Below are positions 13,501 through 24,558 of a DNA stretch of 64,000 nt, piece after piece. Source of the stretch: Auanema rhodensis (taxonomy: Eukaryota; Animalia; Nematoda). The stretch is taken from positions 5,518,001 to 5,582,000 of the forward strand of contig OZ059897.1 in assembly GCA_964057225.1 (NCBI GenBank), in the 5' to 3' direction. The notes below the pieces were generated by a model that worked only from the letters and a program-made list of their open reading frames with translations, made no database searches and was not told the origin of the DNA. Numbering within the stretch: position 1 is the first letter of the stretch; each line of letters begins with the position of its first letter. A program made the position numbers and the translations under genes.

Positions 13501-14179
13501 GAGCAGTTGGGTCTTACTTGTCAAATAACTTAGTTGACTAATTGTAACAGAAACAATATTCAGAAACAAAAAAATCTTTTTTTATAATTTTTGAAAGAAT
13601 GCATCAAAGCTAGTCCCATTGAAGCAGCTTGCTATTGGTCGACAGAATAGCAAAAATACGAAAACCGTCATTGCTCAGGGAAGGGGGGCGTGTTGATTAC
13701 TTTGGATGTTCAGTAGTTTGAAAGCCAAAAATGACTCAAATGTGTTGGACGATAAGAGAGATTTCTAATTTTTCCAATGCAACTGTTATGTTCTTCGAAG
13801 ATCCTCAGAAGATTTATATGGAAAAAGATAATTTTTAAACGAATTTTCTACCGAAAATTGCTTATGTACACACTCTCTCTCTCTCTCTCTCTCTGAAAAC
13901 TTTCATTATTTTCAATTACTTTCTCTTTATAACTTTTCAACAGTATTATCTATCGAACAATCTTCTTATCTATTCTTTCTACCTTTCCTCATTCAACTTA
14001 TTTCCAATACTCGTGGTTCCTTTTTCTTTTATTTAAATCTCTAAATTCTCTAAATTTAACAAACTATCTAACTTACTGTGTTCTTTTCTATCTTAATCAA
14101 GTTATTTTCTAATTGATAACAAAATTCAACAAATAACTATAAATAGATTACCTCGAGTTTCAGATTTCATCGATGACAT
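10537..14179 (-). CDS. Uncharacterised, probably partly disordered protein, at least 8 exons; 5' end may extend upstream
   Basis: In-frame exon chain MSSMKSETR/VEPCCKGHERLKPQYL/ERRENVDARLVDLEMEKRNETSR/ISQVFDHMKAG/VDVVSGLGNDTMDAGK...EYQDEG/AITQMVLVEDPEL...DDKLK/EVNDWFNKSE...KDCRTM/LRQEDHMWGVNHNQIGPID*, with canonical splice sites. The frame stays open upstream of the ATG to an acceptor near 14225. Confidence 0.75.
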
Positions 14180-15733
14180 TCTAAATGATTCTTTGGTAGT
14201 AGGAACTAACTCTTTGATCTTTTCCTAAAATTAAATTCTATTATAGATCAATTGAATTTGTAAATAAAATATTCTTCTAAACACGAACATGAAAATGCCG
14301 TTGAATTATGAACATATCAAAAGTACAAGAGAGACTAAGAGTTGAAAAGACACAAAGAAATACAGAGAGAATGAAAGAGAGAGAATGAGAGAGAGAGAGA
14401 GAGAGAGAAAAAGAGAAAGAGAGAGAGAAGATAGAAAGAAAAATACTGTAGAAGTCGAGTTGACGAGAGAGTGAGGGAGTAAAGGAGAGAATAACAAAGG
14501 TAACCATAGATGATGATCTTTTTTACTCTTTTTTTTTCCTCAAAAATTGTGTGAATGCAAGAACACGTAAATACATTAAATTATAAATATTTTGTGAAAT
14601 ATATAAAGAAAAATAAAAAAATTATGTGGATTTGTGATACATGCATATGTAAAATAATTTTTCTAAAAGTAAATGTCGTTGCATAGCATGAAGAATAAGA
14701 GGCGAATTGAAAGAAACAATTCAGTAGATCAGAGATCTATGTTTGTTCCTTCTTTTCCTCATTGTCTCTATTCCTTTTCTCTTTTTGGTTCGTTATTTTT
14801 ACTCATATATTCCTTCTAAATTCTCTTTCTTTTTTTCTTCTCTCTATCTGCCTATCTATTTATCTCTCTATCTCTTCCTCTCCCTCTCTCCCTTTCTCTT
14901 TCCTTATATATATGTATGTATATATAGGTTTTTGTATGTTTGAAAGAGATAAACGTCTTGGATATTTGACAAAAAAAATAAAAAATCTATTATAATATAA
15001 GAATATGATAACTATTATTGAAATTAAATATATGTATATTGAGAGTTATATTAATAAATTTCAAAAATTTTACTTATTGTTATTTGAAAATAAAAAAAGT
15101 TTATACAATAGATAATGAACTTATGATGAAAATATGACAAGTTGTTGGAAAAAAAGTGAAAACAATGAACATTGGATTGGATGGGAAGTCCGATGGGGTC
15201 GTAAGAATATAACGAAATAACAAATAATAAGGATTGTAACTAAGAGAATTACAAAGCTAATGAATTCCTAAAAGAAAATCAAAAAACGAAATCTGCAGAG
15301 CATTATGGGCCAAACATCGTGAAAGCTCTTTGGTCGATGTCAATGAGGCAAGATGGAGTTGAATTTGAATTTATATTTTCCCAATGCTTTCGTCCTTTTC
15401 GCCAGGTCCTGTTCTCTATCCTATATCATATATTCGAATGAAAACATAGAACACTTTAGTGAACGAGAGTATATGATGGTGATCATGGTTGTAGCATATA
15501 AAAAAAAGAAAAAAGAAGACGAAGATGATGAAGACGAAGAGGAGAATTGAGATGAATTTTCGTTGTCAACAACTTTAGTGATCGAATGACAGAAGAGCCG
15601 ATTTGCAAAACAGAATCTCTGTTCAGAACAAAAGTTTTAACCAGCTAAGGGCACCTGTGAAACTTGAAAACTCTTCCTATATTTCTGCGGTTCTGGCGTT
15701 TGCCCTTTCTCTCTCTCTGTCTCTGTCTCTCAG

Positions 15734-15764
<31 letters not shown>

Positions 15765-18700
15765 GTTCATTCTGATTGATTAAAAAATAAATATTTGGTA
15801 CAAGCAAAATAAAGTTTTGATTTCAATTCTTATCTTTCATAAAGCTTTAACTACATAAGTTTATGTTATTTCATATTAAAATATTAATAATTTATATTTT
15901 AAATAAACATATAAAAAAAAGAAAAAAATAATCCATTTATGAATATAAAAATTGAGAAATAATAACCAAATGTGGATGTTTAATAGTTAGAATAACATAT
16001 GAAACAAGCAATGTTAAACAGATATCTCAAAAACATACAAATGAACACAGCTGATATAAAAATATTTGAAATATAATATGAAAGTATTATTAAGAATTTC
16101 AAGTGATTTTTGAAACTTATTCGTATAGGTAAAAGGGTCCAGCCCATCAATTCCGCTCAAATGCATTTCTTTTTTTTCCTGAAAAATGAGAAACATAAAG
16201 CTTGATGATTATAGATCCCTCAACATTACAAGATATGTGAAAGTCAAATTTCTTAATTTTTTGAAGATGAAAGAATGGAATGAGAAGTTGTAATGTCAAC
16301 AGCAAATTATGGGAAAAATCGTATTGCTCTTCATGAAAACTGTTGATTAAAACTATTTTTTGTCATCTTTGTTCATCGAAAAAAACCAAATAAAAACTCT
16401 TTTAATTTAGATTCAACTGTTGAAATATGAGAAGAAGCGTTATGAACTGTCACGCTACATACATGTGCTGTCAACTATATATTCATCTGATTACCAAATT
16501 TCATGTCTTCACAATTCATCTAATTTTCGTCTCTTTTCTTTCTCATCCTCTTCCAAGCTCAGTAAGATCTTCTTTTACGTGTCGAATTCAACGGCTATTG
16601 CATTAAGTACTTTAAAGAAATTTCCACAGATATACTCTATCCTTCCCTTGTTTTATATTTCAATTTCATCTAATTAACAATCGTTTTCCATTTTTTTTAT
16701 TTCTTTCATTCCAATTAGACGAAATGGCTTAGCTACTCATCTTTTTTTCTTAATCTTACTGTCAATCATTCTACTTGTTATTCTCTTTTAAACACATTTT
16801 TTCTTAAAGATTTCTATGCTATTCCTTTTCTTTTTTTATTTTAAATTTTCTTTTATAATTATTTCCGAAATGAAGATTTGTCAAACTACATGAAACATTC
16901 TGTTTTTTCTCTTTTCATTTTCAACAAATTTGTTATGTATATTTCTAGATTTTTGTATCAAAAATTTTATTTCTAAATTTAAATAACTTTTCATCAAAAC
17001 TAATATTTTTATTCTTTTTTGTAAACTATTTATTAAATTTTTGAATAATAAATTCTACAAATTGTCATTTTTACATATTATTACATATATTATAATAATA
17101 ATATATGGATAGATATAGAATATTTCTATATTATAATTAAAATTTATTAATTATTTCTAAATATTCTTTTATTATATGTATATTGTAGAAGAAAATAACT
17201 ATTTCACGTTTATAATTATCATATTATTGTCATAAACTGTAGGATTTAAGAACGAAAAACAAAATAAAACCATATAGTATTCATAAGTGGAAATATGGAG
17301 AAATGGTTGAAAACATTGTTGAGTAATCAAATACAGTATCAGATGAAAACAAGAACTTGCAGATTTCTTTGAAAGTATTCTCCAAGATGCTGATATTCAC
17401 GTGAACAACTTCTTTCATTCACGTGTTTACCTAGTATTGGCCGATCCATATGATTAGTCGCTAGATTCTTTCCTTCATTTCTCTCTCTCTCTCTCTCTCT
17501 CTTTTCATCTCTGTCTCTATTCGTCTTTCTACTTCCCTCTTTTCTCTCTTATCATTATATTTATATTCTTCTGACCCTTCCGTGGTATTTCTCTGTAGTT
17601 TCTGACCAATCTGATCAACTTTCATATTTATTGTTGTGACTCGATAAATGTCGACTTATAGTTCGTCATTCATTGCATTTCCTTTGAAACGTTTGATATT
17701 TCTTCATTCACCCTTTATGTTTTTATAATTTTTATTTTCATTATATATAGATTTGCCGTAGAAATATTTAGTAATGTTGCAAGTATGAGACTAAATTCAA
17801 ATCTTAAGGTTCAAATTCAATAGTTAGAGAAAGTATTTGAATTAGGTGGCATCATGATTAAGCTTTGTACCGAGATCTTCTAAGTGTTCTGCTCAATAAA
17901 CCTTGTTCTGCTAATTAATATAATTTGATTTTATCTTTAGAACATCTTGAATTAGCAAAATGTTAATCTCAACCACTTCAAAGTTATATATTTCTCTATT
18001 TCTAACTGATTTTCCTTTATAAAATATCCTTTACATGCTCATTTGTCTGAATTACTCATGTTAAATGCATCTTATCTACATGTTTCTGCTGTATCTTTGC
18101 AAATGCATCCTATCCAATATTTGGAGCGGTATGGTTCTTGAGCAGACAGCAGAGTGCATTGCCAACAACAAGCCTCCTGACCTAGTAAAAGGACACAATT
18201 ACGTTGTATACAAGGAAAAAATCGAAAAATAATGAATATAATGTGTAATGAACGACTTCTGGAACAATCATCAACCCTTAGCATTTATATAAACTGTGTT
18301 AATTGAGCTGAATATGAAAAACATGAATGATATATAGGCTGTATGAGTATGCTAGTTGTGTCATATCAGTTCAAAATATCTCGTAATCGGTAAAAGACTA
18401 CTCGTCTTGTTGTCTTAATCATTCAAGATTATCAATAGGCGTTCTTCCTTTTTTCATTTTCTTTTATTTTATTTCTTCGTTTCTTCATCTACTTCTTCTG
18501 CAGATTCTTAAAAGTATTATACCCACATATGTGTATATTTATATTTTTAATTTAATAGATAGGCTTTTCTAGATTATGTTCAGCTTTTAACTTTATTGCT
18601 TTAAGTCATTTTCTTTATTTTCTTATTTCTTGTAATAATTTTTTTTGTTCGTAATTTACTTTTCAAATGAAAATTTGTGTAAAAAAAGCATTTTTTTAGT

Positions 18701-18945
18701 ACTTTTTCAATTTAATTTTCAATTTTTATTAATTTTGATCTTCCTTATTAATATATTAATGTTATATTTTGTTATTAATGTATTTTGAAGATATAATTGT
18801 AAAAGAGAATAGAAAAAAAGTTCATTCTAAGTTCATTTTTCCAAGTATTTAAGAATTTTGTTTACCAATTGTTTCAGTTTTTCTAGCATTTTTTTCTCTT
18901 CAAACCAGGTTTAATCATTTTTTTATTTTTTTACAGCTTCTACTA

Positions 18946-21900
18946 ATGCCTGCAACACTGATTCTTGGAGGTGATCGCTTAGCCTTCACGTTGGCACGTC
19001 TTTGTAAGTTGTTTTGTTATAATAGGCATAGATTAACTTTTTATTTTGGTTAAGTATATCATATAGTTTATATCATATATTATAATTTATTTTTGTTCAT
19101 TTAGTGTGTTCTTCGGGAGAACGTGTATATCTTATGGGAAGTGTACAGAAAACTAAGGCTATTATGACCGAACTTTTGCAATCTGATGTTGAAAGAGATC
19201 ATCCTTTTCAGCTAATTGATGATCTCAGAGTATGCGATACAGATAAATTTAATTGATATAGTTAATTGAAATTTTAGAATCAAGAACATTACCTTAAGAA
19301 ACGATTGGAAAACATCCAGTTCTGCAACCGTATGGAAGAAGTTGGCAGAGATCTGAAGGCTGTTGTTGTTACTGATAATTGTATGTATTTGATAATATAT
19401 TTGATAATATATATCTTTTTTAGCAAATGAATTGAATGTACATAACTTTGGTTCTGTACCAGTGGCTAATTTCCAAGAAGATTGCTCAAGTGTTTCTAAC
19501 TGTATTGATGTGAAAGCTTACCAGCCACTAGAGCTGACGAAGATGGCTCAAGTTAGTTCATTTAATATTTTTCAAATTTCGTATACTTCTGTCACAACCA
19601 ATGGCTTATGTATGTATGTTTATCCACAATTATTGTGTAAACAACCATTTTAAAGTCAAAAGCACGAGGAGACTCCTGAAAATGTTAACAGTTGAACTGA
19701 AAGAATATTTATGAAAAGCATTGTTATACGTCTTTTTTGGTACAAAAAATGCTTTAATAACCAAGGTGGAACGAACTAACATGGCAACGGAACTAACGTC
19801 AACATCGCTATATTATTATTTATCTAAACGATGAAAGACTTTAAATGAATGGAAGTCAAATATGTTTCGAGTCATTTTCTTTGAACTAATGATCCTTGTT
19901 CTTTGATGATTTCGTGCTAAATACTAAAGAGCATAATGTTCCAAATGATGGGAAATCTTGACGAAATATATTCAGAATTGTGAAATACATGTTCAGCACG
20001 TTGCCATAAGATGTGTTTTTTCCGTTCAAAGTACATGAATCTTGGATTGAGCTGAGATAAGAAAAATAGATTAATTTTAAAAGTTGATGGTTTAAAGCGT
20101 TCGGTTGTTAATGCTTTAGATTATTGTGGAACAAGCTATGATAGTAGATTTTGGGTGCAAGTGAGGAGATAAACTCTATAGAGAAGAAGATTGTTTGATG
20201 AATAGATAGCTTGTAGAGTAAGAAAGTTTATAAGACAAAAACATTGAAGGAAAGATTGAAAGGGTAGAATGAGTGGTTTGGTAAAAGTACTGGGACAACG
20301 GACAACCAGAACATATTTTTATCTGTTAACATGTGAAGATTCGATTACAATATTTATGAAGAAAAAAAGGGAATAAAAATGATTAATAGAAGACTAAAAA
20401 AGTTATTTTGTTATTCAGCTATATAAGATGATATACTGATTAGCTCTTCAAGTATTTATAACATACTTTTGATTATTCATTTCTTTGAATTTTGAATTCA
20501 AATACATTTTATTACAACTTTTTTGTGAATCTAAAGACGGAGAATCATCAGGCATTAAGCCTTTCAAGCGCCTTGTGCTTACTTCATTGTATAATCAACA
20601 CTACGCTCATCTACATCATTCAACCACTCATTCTCTCTTATACTATCTTCATTCCTTCTTCCCACTCCTTTACTTGCCATCTTTCGAATGCTTCTGTTTG
20701 CTTCATTAGAAGGCTTATCGGCATTGGGAACATCGTCCCAATCAGACGCTTTCATATCGGGAACTACCATGCCAGTAGCTCTATGCTTTCTCAACTTGAA
20801 TACTCTAATGGACGTATTTATATTTTTTTCCGGCAATAATAGAATCTTATGCTTACTTTATTTTGAAGATTTATGCTTCATATGCATATTATAGTTTTCA
20901 CGTGAATCACGTGAATCACGGGTCAGATAGAATATCACAATTCATTTTTAAAATTTTCATTAAACAGAGCGGTTGTGTCGTACTACTTGCTCCCTGCTTT
21001 TCTAATACCATTCTTGCAGTTTTATCTGAACATCTCTTAAAGTTATTCCTACTTACCAATTTGGAGAGATATTGGCATCTAGAGAAGATATGTTCATGTT
21101 GTTACTAGCACAGCATGTATCCCAATCCGTAGTTCAATCAACACTCATTCGAGCTTGGTCAATGTGCATGGGTCATGTGGTTGGCCAGATGTCACATGTC
21201 CTTTCAAGGCATAAAAAGTCTGTTCATGAGAAGAGACGGATAGCAGCAGCAGTTGCGCTGGTCTGAGTAGTAGTAACACCAAAACCAACAGCACTAGACG
21301 TACTCAATAGCCAATCCTCGCTTCATGATCACTTTCTCTCTCTCTCCCTCTCTCTCCCTCTCACTCTCCTTCTGCATCCATTTTCTATCAATCGTTCCCG
21401 TTTTAGCTATCTCTTTCCAATCCACTCTCTGATTCAGGAATACTATTTCAATTTGCTTTCATGTTAGCCACCATCGGATTACATAGTGTTGAGAGCTAAA
21501 TAGAAATTAATTTTCTTCAAGATGTAGCTATGAGATGCGGAGCTAAATAGTGGGGTGAACGATTTTCTTAACATTGGAGGAAGAAAGAAAAAGTTTTTTT
21601 TCTCATTTTTTACTTTCCACTCTTCTTGAATCTCATGCCTGCTTTCTCACTTTTTTCATTTCTTTTGTGTTGAAATACTTTATTCGAAATTCAAAACAAT
21701 TTATTCATTTGTATTATATAATGAAAGATGAGAATAAGAAGAACAAAGGACAAAATAAAATATGCGAATAGTCATATAACCTTACTACGAGCCGATGATC
21801 GAGATGTTGTAATATAGTTTGCGACTGTTAACCTCTGTCAGCAAAAGGCAGAATTTTGCATCATCTTCTGCTTTGCTCTTTCTTGCCAATCTAACGCCGA

Positions 21901-24496
21901 TTTCTCTTCTTCATTCCGATCTGACCTCGTCCAGCGACCATCTGCGAGTTTTTGAGTTGTATTAAGAGGCAAAAATAAGAAGAACGTAGATGTGGAAGGA
22001 ATGAGAGGGATGTCGGCAGAAAGGTTCAATGCCAGCCAGACTTCTGCCGGTAAACAAGTATCGCCTGACCCTTCCGGTTCTGGCCGTACCCACAAAAGAA
22101 TTTTTTTATTTCAAAAAACGTCTGTAGTTAGCTACGAATAACGATGTCAGAAAACAATTTTCTGTTTTTAAATCTTTGTAGGACTAGCCTGCGCATTTAA
22201 ATGATGCTAAGCATAGTGAATTAACAATAAGAAAAATATATTTATTATATCATATAGTTAGTGAAAAGAATAAAATATACATTAACCTAACAAGAGGCTA
22301 ATAGGATTAGGTAATAGTCTGTATAAAGAGTTGTAAGGAAAAAAAAGAATGAAAAGACTAGGTCAACAAGACAATACGAGAAGAGACAAGATGATTGTTC
22401 TTTCAAATTAGCTATATATATATAATCTTTTATAATAATCCAACTTAACCCTCGTGAGAAAGAATACAAAAAAATGTATTTTTGCATCGTCTATCACGTT
22501 ATTTGATATATTCGTGACAAATTGTGGGTCTGTAATTTGCTTTCGTGCATTCATATAAGGAAATACGTTATGAGGTTATACATAGATGATTATAAACTAG
22601 TAATTATCATAACTATAGAGAGATATAATTATTTATATTTATTGGCCCATTGATAATATATAATTTCTACAAAAAATAAAACAAACGGAACAAATTGAAC
22701 AAACTGTCATTCTTCATTTTTCTCAAAGGTCCATTCGCAGAAAGAATACTGTGATATCAAACTCAAACCGATTTCACTAGAATCTTCCTACTAACGGACG
22801 TTTGGACAACTATGAATGAATGACAATGGCTGGGAATTTGCGAGGAACTGACAATGACAAGAAGTGTTTTTTTGGAAGCTCAATGACTGAAGAGAAGGAA
22901 TTAACCGGATCATTGTGGCTAGCATTGAAACGCTGTGCAACAACAGGAACTGTGATACCTTAGAGAAGCCCATCGGCACCGGTATATACGGATCCTGTCA
23001 TCGAACAGAGATTCAAAAGCCATATTACTGGATGAAGGAAGTGATATTCTGGTTAAAGTTAAGTACAAGTCAGTATGAATAACATAGTAAATAAACGAAA
23101 CGATCAGTTCGAATGACGACGATGAGGAGGCGGTGGATGAGAAAAGCAGATGAATGATGAATTACTGAGATTTGCGGGTGAATTGAAAGATAATAATGGA
23201 AATATAATCGCTATATTCCGTATGATGACTTGACAAAGTAAAGCTAATGAATTGAAATATTGTGGACTTTAGACATTACGAAGTAGCTTATTACGCACTT
23301 CAATACATATCACCATCAATGAATCAGAAATCATTTTAACATAGCCTAACATCGGAATTAAAGACCGAAGACAGCCTAATCCACTCCTCAAACCTCCTGC
23401 TGATATATAGGATTGTTGTGGAGGCGGAGCTTGAAGTAGGCGGAGCAATAACAACCATGTTACTTGCGGTCATTTTTTGAAGTTGATAAGTTGGGAAAAA
23501 TGCCAAATAGTAGGCATCTCTTCAGGTTATATATGAAGTAACAATGTGGTTCACAGCGGAAAAGATCAGAAAGTTACTAAGATGGTAACAAGAAAGTTCG
23601 AGGAAGGAAGAACTTAGAAACTACAACGATGTTACTGGCGGGCACGATTTATGCTGAGCAACCTACGCACACTTTGTGGCATTGGCTGAGAATCAGTGAA
23701 AAGGAGCAGAGTGAATACTCGATTTCTAAGACGATGCAGAAAATGGAAGGAGTATCTTGATGATAAGAATTTCAAAGAAAACAAGAGTATTGGGTACAGG
23801 AAACCATGTAAGATCTAGATAGGAAGAATGATGTGGGTGAGGGCGAGTTGAGTTGAGTTGAACAGAATGAGGAGGAGAGAGATGAGAGCGATAAAGGGGG
23901 GTGAAGAAGAGTGACGAGGAGGTTAGCTGTAGCAGCTGTGTTGGTCGGCCTCAACATAGAAAAGATACTTCGTTAGAACATCTGGCAATCCATTGGGTCT
24001 GGTCATCCCTCTTTTCCTTCATCTTCCACTGTGTTTCGCTCTTTGAGGCTTAGCCTTGTGCTGCTCTCCCCGCTGTCCATCTTCTCTTCATCTTGCTTCT
24101 CTATCTGACTCTGATTTCCATTTGATCTCTCTCATTATCGTCTTGTGTTCTGTGCTCAATATATTTGATTCGAAAGCTAGTTTCGTTATTTCCTATGGAC
24201 TTATGTCGTCGTTTTCTTTTTTTTTTCACAAACATACATACAAAGAAAATAGAAGGAATAATCGAGGATTGGTTTAATGATCTAAAGGGAGAGCAAATTT
24301 TCAATATGAATAAGATATATGATATAGTTAGCTATATAATATTTTGAGGAAGAAAAAATTAATTGAATGTCATTCAAACTGACCACATATACATGATTAC
24401 CCAAATTGTCTTGTTTTTCCACAAAATCAATGAGAATAGAATATACATATAAGAGAATGAAACTAGGAAAGCGGAAACTGTTTACGAGTGTATGAA

Positions 24497-24558
<62 letters not shown>

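Noticed and set aside
16117-16166. Possible upstream first exon MHLSGIDGLDPFTYTN for the 10537-14179 gene
   Set aside because: The donor is weak and I could not establish phase compatibility with the acceptor near 14225.
19900-20056. C/D snoRNA-like TGATGA...CTGA
   Set aside because: No terminal stem or recognisable rRNA guide, and such boxes are common in AT-rich DNA.
20579-20836. 85-aa antisense ORF in the long intron with a GTAAG donor near 20582
   Set aside because: It has a TTG start, no recognisable homology and no convincing exon chain. It could belong to a non-coding antisense transcript.
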